This document shows positions 9,962-20,214 of a stretch of DNA of 64,000 bases, one piece after another. The stretch covers positions 353 through 64,352 of the forward strand of contig CAYYPK010000032.1 of assembly GCA_964473525.1 (NCBI GenBank), read 5' to 3'. Numbering within the stretch: position 1 is the first letter of the stretch; each line of letters begins with the position of its first letter. A model generated the notes under the pieces. It did no database searches. It was not told the DNA's origin and worked only from the letters and a program-made list of their open reading frames with translations. Position numbers and translations under genes: made by a program. This stretch comes from an uncultured bacterium. Its GTDB lineage: Bacteria; Poribacteria; WGA-4E; GCA-2687025.

Positions 9962-10690
9962 TCACTCCTCCAATAGCGAGTCGAACAGCGCGACCCCGAC
10001 GCCCGTCGTCAACAGCGGATACGCCACTAGCAGCGAGAACCACCGCATGTCGTCGATGGGCCGTGACGCGAAGATGTCCACGCTGACCTTGGTCGCGGCG
10101 ATCAGCAGCGGCACCATCAGCGGCAGCAGCACGACGGACAGCAGGCTCTCGCGGCCACTCGCCGAGGCCGTCATCGTCGACACGAAGGCTCCTATGGCGC
10201 TTACGCCGCACGTCCCGAGCGCGGCCACGCCCGCCATACGAGTCATGTCGGGCGCTGTCATAGACTCCACTTGGAGGAACACCACCACGGCCGGGAGGAG
10301 CGCGACCTCAATCGCGGTAAGCACGACGAAGATGCTCGCGATACGGCTCAGATACACCGCCGTAGGACTTACGCCCGCGAGCCGGATGGCGGACATGGCG
10401 CCGTGTTCGCGATCCGCCTCGCCGCTTCTGTGCAACGCGATAACGGCGCCGAACGCCAGGGCCGACCAGAATATCGCCGCCCCCAGCTTCGCCAACTCGC
10501 CCTGCCGCGCCCCGCGTCCTAGACCTGGCGGCACGAACTCTGGACCGTACGCGAAGGCGAACACCAGCACGACGAGCAGCGAGAAGAGACCCACGACGTA
10601 GAGCGCCTCGCGATTGCGCCAGTGGAGCCCGAGATCCTTCGCCACAAGCCTCGTGAATTGCGATGTCCATGTGGCCCCGCTGGCTGTCAT
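9962..10690 (-). CDS. ccmB: Heme exporter protein CcmB
   Basis: KDL N-terminal motif, RESLLSVVLLPLMVPLLIAA; lies between ccmA and ccmC. Confidence 0.9.
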   Translation of the reverse strand: MTASGATWTSQFTRLVAKDLGLHWRNREALYVVGLFSLLVVLVFAFAYGPEFVPPGLGRGARQGELAKLGAAIFWSALAFGAVIALHRSGEADREHGAMSAIRLAGVSPTAVYLSRIASIFVVLTAIEVALLPAVVVFLQVESMTAPDMTRMAGVAALGTCGVSAIGAFVSTMTASASGRESLLSVVLLPLMVPLLIAATKVSVDIFASRPIDDMRWFSLLVAYPLLTTGVGVALFDSLLEE

Positions 10691-11382
10691 ACCGCGTCCT
10701 CGTTCGCGTAGACGGCGCGCAACTCGTCCAGCGAGTCGGCCTCCGCGGACTCGACGCGACCGCGCCGCACGAAGGCCACGTCGGTTGCCGCTTCATACCC
10801 TGACTCGATGTCGTGCGTCACGAGGCATATGGCGGCCCCGTCGTCGCACGCCATCCGCAGCCGCTTCAGGGCCGCGGCGCGCATCGTGGCGTCCAGACCT
10901 GTAAACGGCTCGTCGAGCAGTAGGATTCGCGGCGTGTGTATCAGGGCTCTGGCGAGCGTTGCGCGCTGTGTCATGCCCCTGGAATACGCGCGCACCGGGA
11001 TGTCCGCGAAGCGGGTCAGGCCGACTTCCTCGAGCAGTTCATCGGCGCGCGTCCGGACGTTCCGCACGCCGTAGAGGCCGCCGAAGAAGAGCAGGTTGTC
11101 CCGCGCCGACAGGTCGCCGTAGAGCTGGGACTCGTGACCGACGTACCCCAATTGCCGACGGTAGGCGGCGCGGCCCTTCGCGACGGGGCTGCCATCCCAC
11201 GTGACGGCTCCTCGGGTCGGTCGCCAAAGCGTGGCCAATATCCGCAGGAGCGTGGACTTGCCGCTTCCGTTGGAGCCGAACAACGCCAGGCACCGACCGG
11301 CGTGCAACTCGGCGGAGGCCTCCCGCAGCACGAGCCGTCCGTCGAGCTCCTTCGAGACGTTCTCGGCGGCGAGGAGCGCCAT
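10687..11382 (-). CDS. ccmA: Heme ABC exporter ATPase CcmA
   Basis: GSNGSGKST, YSRGMTQR and LLLDEPFTGLD; overlaps the ccmB start. Confidence 0.9.
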   Translation of the reverse strand: MALLAAENVSKELDGRLVLREASAELHAGRCLALFGSNGSGKSTLLRILATLWRPTRGAVTWDGSPVAKGRAAYRRQLGYVGHESQLYGDLSARDNLLFFGGLYGVRNVRTRADELLEEVGLTRFADIPVRAYSRGMTQRATLARALIHTPRILLLDEPFTGLDATMRAAALKRLRMACDDGAAICLVTHDIESGYEAATDVAFVRRGRVESAEADSLDELRAVYANEDAV

Positions 11383-11385
11383 GCG

Positions 11386-12618
11386 CTACCGTCCTCCTAG
11401 CCGCTCCATAATGGCGCCTAGGCGCGCCTTGTATTCGTCACGCACGCGCCGGTGCGCGCCACCTGACAGTTCCTTGGCCTCGTGCTGCTCGTCTAGGTGC
11501 GAGATCATCTCCAGGTGCGCGTCCTTGAGCGCGACCAGGTGAGATGCCTTCAAGCCCTTGAGGAAGCCCGGGTCGAAGCCGCCGGATGCCGGGATGGAGC
11601 CGCCAGCAGGTCGCCGGCTCTGCATGACCCACGCGCCGATGGCGCCGCCCGTCGTCAGCGAGATGGCGCCGACAAGCAGCAGCAGGACCATCGCGTTGGA
11701 GTCCGACCCAGTCGTTGTTGGCGACGCGGATGGGCGTGGGCTCGCCGCTGCGCCCGTCGCGCGCAGCCTGATATCGATGTTCGTGTACGCCGGTACTGGG
11801 CTCCCCTGGAAGGTGATGTACGCCTCGCCGTGGATGTCGGCGGACTCGCCTCGGGTGAACCCCGGCGAGGACACGGTGTACGCCGGGTTGCCTGCGAGCA
11901 CCCGCACCTCGCGCACTGCCGCGTGCATGGAGCGCGACAGGTCCGCCGTCTGCGCCGCCTCGAAGTGATACGACAGCGTGATGAGCGTGCGACCCGGCTG
12001 CAGCGGATCGACGATGCTCAGACCGGTCTCATCTATCCGCGTCTGGATGTCCTTGTTGTCCACGCTCACGGCGTGCGCGACGTGCGGTATGTGCACGTGC
12101 AGGCCAATGGGGTTGCCGTCGTGGTCCTGCTCGGCGTATGCCGACTCGCTTTCGTTCATGATGTCCAGGAACTCAATGACCTGCACCTGCCCTCCACCGT
12201 CGGTTGGCGGGAGGACCACAGAGAGGCCGACGTGTATCACCTCGCCGTCCGTTGTCGTGTCCGCGCGGGTCAGGTCGTAAACCATCTCCGGCGTCCAAGT
12301 GGACAGCGTGACGTTCTCGTTCTTCACGGGAGCGCCGTCGATTTCGGTCGCCAACGTGAAAGTGAGTTCGTCGTCCACGGGGAGGTCCACGAATTCGTAG
12401 CGACCGTCTGAGGACGTGACGATCTCGCGCACTTCCGCGCCGTTCTCGCCCCAGGTTAGCGTCACGACGGCGTCTGCTACGGCGCCCCCGTTGACGTCGT
12501 CCATCACGCGGCCTCGGATAACGCCGCTAACCTCCTGCCCTATGGCGGGCATGGTGAGCGTCAGCAGGGCCACACCTAACGAGAGCGCAATCGAAGTAGG
12601 CAGTGCTATTCGCCTCAT
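11386..12618 (-). CDS. Membrane-anchored periplasmic protein with carboxypeptidase-regulatory-like domain (ccm-associated)
   Basis: Signal peptide, IRGRV..ADAVVTL..TSSDGRYEF domain, C-terminal TM helix and helical tail; ATGA-coupled. Confidence 0.75.
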   Translation of the reverse strand: MRRIALPTSIALSLGVALLTLTMPAIGQEVSGVIRGRVMDDVNGGAVADAVVTLTWGENGAEVREIVTSSDGRYEFVDLPVDDELTFTLATEIDGAPVKNENVTLSTWTPEMVYDLTRADTTTDGEVIHVGLSVVLPPTDGGGQVQVIEFLDIMNESESAYAEQDHDGNPIGLHVHIPHVAHAVSVDNKDIQTRIDETGLSIVDPLQPGRTLITLSYHFEAAQTADLSRSMHAAVREVRVLAGNPAYTVSSPGFTRGESADIHGEAYITFQGSPVPAYTNIDIRLRATGAAASPRPSASPTTTGSDSNAMVLLLLVGAISLTTGGAIGAWVMQSRRPAGGSIPASGGFDPGFLKGLKASHLVALKDAHLEMISHLDEQHEAKELSGGAHRRVRDEYKARLGAIMERLGGR

Positions 12619-13085
12619 TGCGCGTCTCCCTTCCTTGAACTGCGGAACGCCTCGATTTCCTTCTCCAGGTCGTCGGAAGAGACCTGGCGGCGCCCGCCCC
12701 CTCGTCCCGTTCGATGTCGGCTGATTTCTTGTTCCAGCGCGTCCTCGTGCATGGCCGATGTCGCGCTTGCCGCAGGGACACCGCCCCCCGCGGCCGCTAT
12801 GCGCGCGTCTATGCGCGAGAGCACCTCTGCCGTCTCCACCATCAGATCGTGGCGCAGACGTTCGTAGTCCTCCTCCGATATCTTGCCGCATTCGAAGTCG
12901 AAGTCCAGGTCCGTCAGCGCCGTGTAGCTGCGTTCGCGCTCGCCGAGTAGCTCACGCGCCTCGCGCGCCGCGCGGTCGTCCTCTACGGTCACGCCGCCCA
13001 TAGTCAGCACCGGCCGCAACAGGTACAGCAACGTAGGGAGGCCGAAAGCGAACAGACCTACGCCGATCATTGCGGATTCAGTCAT
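12615..13085 (-). CDS. CcmI-N-terminus-like membrane protein
   Basis: N-terminal TM helix, then LTDLDFDFECGKISEEDYERLR, as in CcmI-like ccm-cluster proteins. Confidence 0.7.
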   Translation of the reverse strand: MTESAMIGVGLFAFGLPTLLYLLRPVLTMGGVTVEDDRAAREARELLGERERSYTALTDLDFDFECGKISEEDYERLRHDLMVETAEVLSRIDARIAAAGGGVPAASATSAMHEDALEQEISRHRTGRGGGRRQVSSDDLEKEIEAFRSSRKGDAQ

Positions 13086-13621
13086 GCGTCTTTCCGTTCG
13101 CTGAGTTCCCGCTCGATCTGCTGCTGATACTCGCTGAGCTCCTGTGTCGTCGTCGTCGGCTGCGGGGCGTGTTCCCGCCGACGGACGAGACGGCTGATGA
13201 GCACCCAAAACAGCGCGCTAAGGCCGGCAAACGCGAACGCTGGGAATATCCAGATGACGAGGTCAAAGCCCTCCTTCGGTGGGGCCGCGAGGTACTGCGT
13301 GCCCCTGCGGGCGATGTATTCGTCGGCAATCTGTTGGGGCGTCACACCGTCGAGCAACTGGAGGGCCATGCCGTCCTTTATTTCTCGCGCCGTGCCACAG
13401 ATGCACTCGTCTACGAGCGTCGGAGGGCAGCCGCAGTAGCATAGGATCTGCCGGGTCGCCTTCTTGAGTTCCGTGCGTTGGTCCGTCGTCAACTGCATGT
13501 GCGCGTGCTTCGACGGATCCTCGACCGGCGTGAGGTCGTGACCCACCTGCGCGAGGAGCGACGTTGAGACTGCAAGGCACAGTATGACCAGCACAGCGCT
13601 GCGCAGGAGCCGCTGGGTCAT
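13082..13621 (-). CDS. ccmH: Cytochrome c biogenesis protein CcmH/NrfF
   Basis: ILCYCGC..LVDEC, G.TPQQI..YI.R.G..YLAAPPKEGF and a C-terminal TM helix. Confidence 0.85.
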   Translation of the reverse strand: MTQRLLRSAVLVILCLAVSTSLLAQVGHDLTPVEDPSKHAHMQLTTDQRTELKKATRQILCYCGCPPTLVDECICGTAREIKDGMALQLLDGVTPQQIADEYIARRGTQYLAAPPKEGFDLVIWIFPAFAFAGLSALFWVLISRLVRRREHAPQPTTTTQELSEYQQQIERELSERKDA

Positions 13622-15840
13622 GCGGACGCCTCCTCTTTGCGCTTCGTTCCCGCCTCGCCCAAGCACACGATGGATCCGACGAGCATCACCGTCGGCGCCA
13701 GGATGAGCACGACCCACGCGAACGGGTTGTAGAACACCTGCATGTCCGCCATGCCTTCCTGGGTGACCTCCCCAAGCGCGATGTAGAGGTCGTGCGTTCC
13801 CCGCCGCAGGATCGCGGATTCATACGTGGGCGGGCCGTCGTGCCCGTCGTAGTGTCCCAGCGCTGGCCTCAACGTGATCGTGTCGCCGCTGCTCCGCTTG
13901 GCTTCGACGTTGACGCCCTGGTACTGCGCGTTTGCCGCCCGGATGGCGCCCTTCACGCCCGGCGGCGTCGGTGGGCCCGCATCGCCCCCGCGCTCCAAGA
14001 ACGCCTCGCCCAGCGTCAACGTGTAGTCGGCGACCTGGTACGTCTCGCCAGGCTGTAGAACGACCCGGTGCGACACCTGGAAGCCCTTGGCGCCAAGCGT
14101 GCCGAGGTAGAACAGCACCATGCCGACGTGGACGATGTAGCCCCCATAGCGTCGCTTGTTGCGTAGGTTCAGCTCAATGAAGGCCCGGAAGGGCCCACTG
14201 GATCCGCGCCGCATGCGGACCCGCATGCCCTTGTAGTACTCAAGTGCGACCGTAGCGAGCACGAACGCCGACGCGAAGATGCACAGGACGGCGTACGTCG
14301 TCTTCAGCAGAGGGACGCCATCGGGATTCTCGGAGCCGACGCGATAGAACGGGTAGATGCTGAGAGCCGCCGCCGCGGCGCCCACCAGCGTCGGCATCTG
14401 GAAGTTGCGCCGCAGGTTCGATTCCGTCGCCTTCTTCCACGAGATCATCGGCCCGATGCCGGTGAGCAGCAGAAGGATGAGACCTAGCGGTACGATGAAG
14501 GTGTTGTAGTAGGGTTCGGTGACCGCTATCTCGCGGTTCTCGATGCCCTTGACGAACGTGTAGTAGGACTTCGAGATGAGCGGGAAGGTCGTCCCAGCAA
14601 ACACGACGACGGCGCCGACTACGAATATCCAGTTGTTCAGCAGGAACGCGGCCTCGCGCGACAGCAGCGAATCGAACCGGTTCATACTGCGTAGCGACTG
14701 CCAGCGGCGGGCGATCATCGCGCCCGCGACCAGGGCGTTCACGCCCAAGAACGACAGGAAGTAGGTGATGAGCGCCTGCGACTCGCCGAATGCGTGGATG
14801 GACGACAGCAACCCGCTGCGCACCAGTGTCGTGCCGAAGAGCACGAGCATGAACGTGAGCGCGATGAGGATCACGTTCCACACCTTCAGCATGTTCCGGT
14901 GCTCTTGGATGATGACCGAGTGCAGGAACGCCGTGATCATCAGCCACGGCAGCAGCCCCGCGTTTTCGACGGGATCCCATCCCCAGTAGCCGCCCCACCC
15001 CAGCTCGCCGTAGGCCCAAGCGCCGCCGATGACATTGCCCAGTGTCAGGAACAGCCACGCCGCGATAGTCCAGCGCCTCGAGCGCTTGATCCACTCCGTG
15101 CCACCCGAGCCAGACGCGAGCGCCCCCAGCGCGTAGACGTACGGCACCGTGCAGACAACGAACCCGGCGTACAGGTTGGGCGGGTGGATAAGCATCGCGG
15201 GGGTCTGTAGGAGTGGGTTCATGCCCATCCCGCGCGTGCGACCAGACTGGATGGCTGCAAGCAGATCGGGAGCCGCGAAGGCAAACGGGTTCTTGATGCC
15301 CGGGATGATTCCAGCTACGAGAATCGCGTAGAAGAGGAGGATGATGGACATCCCGGCGAGCGCGTAGCTCGTGAGCTCGTCTTCCTCGTGCCTGCTCTTC
15401 CACGCCATGACGAGCGCACACACGGCGAGGATGGACAGCCAGAACAGCATCGACCCCGACATGCCGCCCCAGAGGGCGCTGATCTTGTAGATGAGCGGTT
15501 GGCCCGGCTTCGATGTCCGCCAGACGTAGTCGAGGTTCGCCCAGTCGAACGTCAGGGCGTAGAGCAGGCAGAACGTGGCGAATAGGACGAACACCGACGA
15601 GACGACGACCCCTCGCCGCCCGCTGTGTATCCACCCGACACGGCCGGCGCGCAGTCCGTAGAAGAGCGCCACCGTGGACCATATCGAGGCGCCCACCGCG
15701 CCGTACGTGGTCACTCTAGCGAGCCCTGCGACCGCGTCACCATAGACGCTAGCCAGAGCTACCCACGCCAGGGCCGCGATGCCCGCAAACCCGATGACTA
15801 GGGCGAAGTCGTTGCGTGTTTCGCGCGCTCGATCGCTCAA
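13618..15840 (-). CDS. ccmF: Cytochrome c-type biogenesis heme lyase CcmF
   Basis: MNPLLQ..MLIHPP, WAYGELGWGGYWGWDPVEN, SIHAF and YIVHVG; TTG start overlaps the ccmE stop. Confidence 0.95.
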   Translation of the reverse strand: MSDRARETRNDFALVIGFAGIAALAWVALASVYGDAVAGLARVTTYGAVGASIWSTVALFYGLRAGRVGWIHSGRRGVVVSSVFVLFATFCLLYALTFDWANLDYVWRTSKPGQPLIYKISALWGGMSGSMLFWLSILAVCALVMAWKSRHEEDELTSYALAGMSIILLFYAILVAGIIPGIKNPFAFAAPDLLAAIQSGRTRGMGMNPLLQTPAMLIHPPNLYAGFVVCTVPYVYALGALASGSGGTEWIKRSRRWTIAAWLFLTLGNVIGGAWAYGELGWGGYWGWDPVENAGLLPWLMITAFLHSVIIQEHRNMLKVWNVILIALTFMLVLFGTTLVRSGLLSSIHAFGESQALITYFLSFLGVNALVAGAMIARRWQSLRSMNRFDSLLSREAAFLLNNWIFVVGAVVVFAGTTFPLISKSYYTFVKGIENREIAVTEPYYNTFIVPLGLILLLLTGIGPMISWKKATESNLRRNFQMPTLVGAAAAALSIYPFYRVGSENPDGVPLLKTTYAVLCIFASAFVLATVALEYYKGMRVRMRRGSSGPFRAFIELNLRNKRRYGGYIVHVGMVLFYLGTLGAKGFQVSHRVVLQPGETYQVADYTLTLGEAFLERGGDAGPPTPPGVKGAIRAANAQYQGVNVEAKRSSGDTITLRPALGHYDGHDGPPTYESAILRRGTHDLYIALGEVTQEGMADMQVFYNPFAWVVLILAPTVMLVGSIVCLGEAGTKRKEEASA

Positions 15841-16292
15841 TTGCCGGACCCGACGGCTGAGGCCATCTCGCCGGACTCCGGCGTCTCGGCCTCGTACTTC
15901 GATGGGCACTTCGTCATCAGCTTGTCCGCCTCGATGGTCTTCGAGGCGGCGAGATACCTGCCGCTGACGACGACGCCTTGACCCTCGGCGAACGTGTCGG
16001 GCTTGAGACCCTCACGATAGACGACGTTCACGAACGCCGTTTTCGCCGTGTCACGCACTTGGAACCGGAGTTCCTTGGCGCCCATGTCGTACCGCTCGGT
16101 GCCTTCCGCGACAAATCCGTCCACCTGGACGCCTCGGCGCCCAACATCGGCCGGGTTCGCCGCGAGAAGCTGGTCGGGAGTGAAACGCGTAAGGCTGGAT
16201 TCTGGATCCTTGAGCGTTGTGAACATCAACGCTCCGACGCCAGCGGTCAGTAACACGCCAGCGACGACGAACTTGAGAACTCGACTCTCCAT
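15837..16292 (-). CDS. ccmE: Heme chaperone CcmE, CxxxY variant
   Basis: PDTFAEGQGVVVSG..ADKLMTKCPSKY (Cys instead of the His heme ligand). Confidence 0.92.
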   Translation of the reverse strand: MESRVLKFVVAGVLLTAGVGALMFTTLKDPESSLTRFTPDQLLAANPADVGRRGVQVDGFVAEGTERYDMGAKELRFQVRDTAKTAFVNVVYREGLKPDTFAEGQGVVVSGRYLAASKTIEADKLMTKCPSKYEAETPESGEMASAVGSGN

Positions 16293-16327
16293 ACCCCTGG
16301 TCCTCCTGCCTGAAGTTATAGCCTGGA

Positions 16328-17842
16328 TTAGCCGGACATAAAGTGTCTAATCAAGGCTTCCGACAGGGATTCGACGGAGGCGCTGTCCGCCTCTACCGTC
16401 ACGGCGAGGCCCCGCTCCTTGGCCGCGGTCGCGGTCACGGGGCCGATAGCCGCTATACACACGTCTTTCACGGCGCGCCGCGACTCATCCCCCGGCAGCG
16501 CGTCCATGAAGTTCTCTACGGTCGAGCCGCTCGTGAATGTCACGGCGTCAACCTCGTCGTTCGCGAGGAATTGGGCGACTCGGTCTGCGCCGGCGCCATC
16601 GGGAACTGTCCGGTAGGCGGTCACCGGCGTAACAGTCGCGCCTACCTCTCGGAGCCCATCCACGAGTTCTGCCCGTCCCTTGTCGGCGCGAGGCACGAGG
16701 ATGTCCGCGCCAGACACGTCGCCGATGTCCTCCACGACCCCTTCCGATCGCGAGCGTGGGGCTACGAAGTCGGGGCATATACCGTGGCTAACGAGCGCGG
16801 CCTCCGTCGCGGGACCGATGGCTGCCACGCGCACGCCAGCGAGCGTCCGGCTGTCGCGACCAAGGGCGTCCAAGCGTTCCCAGACGTACCTCACGCTATT
16901 GGCGCTCGTGAATACCACCCAGCTACGCGCGCTGATGACCGACAGAGCATCGTCTAACGCGCCGACATCTTCCGCCGGCTCCGTCTTGATGGTCGGGAAT
17001 TCGATGACGTCCGCGCCAGCGTCGCTCAGGAGCGACACGAGCGAACTGGCCTGCTCGCGCGCGCGGGTGACGACGATGCGCCTGCCGAACAGCGGCTTTG
17101 TGTCGAACCACGCCAGCGTGTCTCGTAGCCCCACGACATCCCCAACGAGGATGATCGCGGGCGAGCCCATGCCAGCCTTCGCCATGTCGGACGCGACATC
17201 CTTCAGCGTGCTTACCAGCGTGCGCTGATACGGCCGCGTGCCCCACTGCACGAGCGCGACAGGAGTGTCGGGCGACCGCCCGCCCTGGACCAGCTCCGCC
17301 ACGATACCCGTTATACGCGCGGTTCCCATGAGGATCGCCACGGTATCCACGGCTGCGCCGATCGCGCCGAGGCTGACGGTGGATTCCGTCTTCTCCGCGC
17401 GCTCGTGTCCGGTCACGAAGGCCACCGACGACGCGTGGTCACGGTGCGTCAACGGAATGCCCGCGTAGGCCGGCCCAGCGATGGGCGAAGGAATGCCAGG
17501 CACGATCTCGAAGGGGACGCCAGCCTCGCGCAGCCGTTCCGCTTCCTCGCCGCCGCGACCGAAAATGAACGGGTCGCCGCCCTTTAGCCGTACGACCGTC
17601 TTCCCGGCTTCCGCCGCTTCGACAAGCCGCTCGTTCATCTCTTCCTGAGGCACGGCGTGAGCCGCGCTACGCTTGCCGACGTAGAGCAGTTCGGCGTGGT
17701 CTGGCGCGAGGTCCAGAAGGACGGGGTTTGCGAGGGCGTCGTAGAAGACAACGTCCGCGCGCTCGAGGCACTCGCGGCCCTTGATGGTTAGCAGCTTTGG
17801 GTCGCCTGGCCCAGCGCCTACGAGGTACACAACCGCGCTCAT
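16328..17842 (-). CDS. cobA: Uroporphyrinogen-III C-methyltransferase / uroporphyrinogen-III synthase fusion (CobA-HemD)
   Basis: [11 protein letters not shown] and [16 protein letters not shown], then HemD part [28 protein letters not shown]. Confidence 0.95.
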   Translation of the reverse strand: MSAVVYLVGAGPGDPKLLTIKGRECLERADVVFYDALANPVLLDLAPDHAELLYVGKRSAAHAVPQEEMNERLVEAAEAGKTVVRLKGGDPFIFGRGGEEAERLREAGVPFEIVPGIPSPIAGPAYAGIPLTHRDHASSVAFVTGHERAEKTESTVSLGAIGAAVDTVAILMGTARITGIVAELVQGGRSPDTPVALVQWGTRPYQRTLVSTLKDVASDMAKAGMGSPAIILVGDVVGLRDTLAWFDTKPLFGRRIVVTRAREQASSLVSLLSDAGADVIEFPTIKTEPAEDVGALDDALSVISARSWVVFTSANSVRYVWERLDALGRDSRTLAGVRVAAIGPATEAALVSHGICPDFVAPRSRSEGVVEDIGDVSGADILVPRADKGRAELVDGLREVGATVTPVTAYRTVPDGAGADRVAQFLANDEVDAVTFTSGSTVENFMDALPGDESRRAVKDVCIAAIGPVTATAAKERGLAVTVEADSASVESLSEALIRHFMSG

Positions 17843-18768
17843 GCCTCGGCCTCCGCGAGCAGGTCGGCGGCGCCCTTGTCCAAGAGTTCGCGCGCGAGGC
17901 GCCGTCCTACATCCTCGGGTACTTCTCCCGTGGCGGACCCGCGTATGTCGCGTGTGCCGTCCGCCGCCGCGACGAGTCCGCGTAACGCGAGTGTGTCTTT
18001 CGTCGCCGCGACTTCGGCGAGCCCCGCGATGGGTACGTGGCATCCGCCTCCCAGCGCGTGCAGGAACGCCCGCTCGGCGGCCACGCCCCGCGCCGTCGAC
18101 TCGTCGTGAATCACGCCGAGGACGCTCGCCGTGGGGTCGTCGCCGACGCGGGTCTGTATGGCAAGCGCGCCCTGCGCGACGGCTGGCAGCATCTTGTCTG
18201 GCGTGAGGATCTCTGTGGCTTCGTCGAGCCGTCCCAGCCTCGCTAGACCTGCCGCGGCGGCGATGATTGCGTCCCAGTCGTCGTCGCGGAGCTTGCGGAT
18301 CCGCGTGTCCAGGTTGCCGCGGATGGACTCGACGCGAAGATCAGGCCGCGCCGCCAGCAGCTGCGCCTGCCGACGTCGACTGCTCGTGCCGACTTTCGCG
18401 CGCTGCGGCAAATCCTTGAGAAGAGACCCGTCGGCGGATATGACGGCGTCGAAAGGTGTCTCCCGCGCCGGGATCGCGCCCACGCACAGCCCATCTGGCA
18501 TGTCCGTGGGCAGATCCTTCATGCTGTGTACGGCGGCGTCGATCTCGCCCTCTAGCAGCGCAGTCTCGAGTTCAGCCGTGAAGAGCCCCTTGCCGCCGAT
18601 TTCTGGCAGCGGCTCGTCGGTTCGTCTGTCGCCGGTGGTGGTGATGACTTGCTCGCGCGCGTCGAGGCCGGGATGGCCGGCGACGAGCTGGGCGATGACC
18701 CACTTCGTCTGCGTCCTCGCGAGGGCGCTGCCGCGCGTGCCGATGACAATGCGCTTGGGTGTCGCCAC
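17839..18768 (-). CDS. hemC: Hydroxymethylbilane synthase (porphobilinogen deaminase)
   Basis: IGTRGSALA, GGKGLFT, AVHSMKD, GTSSRRR, RGNLDTR and LGGGCHVP. Confidence 0.96.
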   Translation of the reverse strand: MATPKRIVIGTRGSALARTQTKWVIAQLVAGHPGLDAREQVITTTGDRRTDEPLPEIGGKGLFTAELETALLEGEIDAAVHSMKDLPTDMPDGLCVGAIPARETPFDAVISADGSLLKDLPQRAKVGTSSRRRQAQLLAARPDLRVESIRGNLDTRIRKLRDDDWDAIIAAAAGLARLGRLDEATEILTPDKMLPAVAQGALAIQTRVGDDPTASVLGVIHDESTARGVAAERAFLHALGGGCHVPIAGLAEVAATKDTLALRGLVAAADGTRDIRGSATGEVPEDVGRRLARELLDKGAADLLAEAEA

Positions 18769-18921
18769 GTGCGCCCGCCTAGACCCAGAGAAAGTCTTAA
18801 CCGCCCCTAGTGTAGCCTCGCGGCGACCCTCTGACAATTGCGGCCCCTCCCGGCGTCCGGTAGGATTGCGCGGCGTCACGGGACACTCCCGTCGGCGTGT
18901 CGCATCAGGGAAGGAACCCGC

Positions 18922-19254
18922 ATGCGTGGATGGGCTGGCATAGCCGTAGGGATCGTCGTCGGTGGCGTCGCGGTGGCTGTGGCCCTTGGGAGATTCCCGC
19001 TGGTCCCGAGCGCCCAGGCGCAGTACCTCAGCACCTTCCAAAATGTGGATGTTGACTTCGAGACAACGGGAGCCATTAGCACACTCACGTTCTTCGATCG
19101 GGACTCCGGCGACACGTACATCTACATTGCGTCTGGAACGGGACAGTTCCAGTTCACGCGCAAGCTGAGTATGCAGGATCTAGGCGGCCCGCTCGCGGCG
19201 GAGCTCCCCACGAGCGCGTCGAATGTGCCGCAGCTGCAGACCGGAATTGAGTAG
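18922..19254 (+). CDS. Small secreted hypothetical protein
   Basis: RBS GGAAGGA, hydrophobic N-terminus ending AQA, beta-rich body. Confidence 0.7.
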   Translation: MRGWAGIAVGIVVGGVAVAVALGRFPLVPSAQAQYLSTFQNVDVDFETTGAISTLTFFDRDSGDTYIYIASGTGQFQFTRKLSMQDLGGPLAAELPTSASNVPQLQTGIE

Positions 19255-19272
19255 GAAGGTCAGGTTTCTGCC

Positions 19273-20103
19273 TTGAAGGTAGTGATGTTCTCGAAGCACT
19301 TGCAGGAGCTGTCCGTTGAGGACGCCGGCCGCGCCGCGGTCGACATCGGCTTCGATGGCCTGGACCTGACCGTCCGGCCCGGCGGACACGTCACGCCGGA
19401 CGGTGTCGAGGAGAAGTTGCCCGTAGCCATTGAGGCGTTACGCGCCGTCGGCGCCGAAGTCCCAATGATCACCACGGCGATCACGGACGCTGATGACGAC
19501 GCGAAGGCGACGTTCCGCGCGGCAAAGGCGGCCGGTATCAAGCATATGAAGCTCGGGTACTGGCGGTATCAGGGCTTCCGCAAGCTTGCGGGACAGGTCG
19601 CGGAAGTCCGTGAGTGTCTGGCGCGTATTGAGCCTTTGGCCCAGGGAGCGGGCGTCACGGCGTGTCTACACAATCACTCTGGGAACGACATGACGGCGTC
19701 GTCCCACGTCATCGCGCGGTTGCTCGACGGCTTCGACCCCGCCGCCTTGGGCGCCTACATCGACCCCGGACATATGACTGTCGAGGGCGGTCGTAGCGGC
19801 TGGAAGATCGGCATGGACGCCGTGCACGACCGCATTCGCATGATGGCGCTCAAGGACTTCGGCTGGTTCCGCCATGAGGCCGACGGCGAGGTGAAGTGGC
19901 AGGAGAAGCTCGTGCCGCTCGCTGAGGGCATCGTACGCTGGGACGAGGTGTTCGAGTGCCTGGCGGAGATCGACTTCGACGGGGTCGTGTCGTTCCACTC
20001 CGAGTACCAGGGCGGACACAGTTGGCGCGACCTGGACACGGACGGCGTCATCGCGCAAACCCGCGAGGATTACGCCTACATGCGGGAACGACTCGGGCGA
20101 TAG
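19273..20103 (+). CDS. Sugar phosphate isomerase/epimerase (TIM barrel) family
   Basis: GFDGLDLTVRPGGHV, HNHSG, DPGHMTVEGG, LKDF and SFHSEY. Confidence 0.9.
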   Translation: MKVVMFSKHLQELSVEDAGRAAVDIGFDGLDLTVRPGGHVTPDGVEEKLPVAIEALRAVGAEVPMITTAITDADDDAKATFRAAKAAGIKHMKLGYWRYQGFRKLAGQVAEVRECLARIEPLAQGAGVTACLHNHSGNDMTASSHVIARLLDGFDPAALGAYIDPGHMTVEGGRSGWKIGMDAVHDRIRMMALKDFGWFRHEADGEVKWQEKLVPLAEGIVRWDEVFECLAEIDFDGVVSFHSEYQGGHSWRDLDTDGVIAQTREDYAYMRERLGR

Positions 20104-20214
20104 AGGACCGGCAGCGGCGATGTGTCCGGGGTAGGAGCCGCGTGCTGACTATCCCTGGCGCTGGCGCCGCACCGCGGGAAGCAATGCTCTTCGGGCTCGA
20201 TACGCGGGAGGAAC

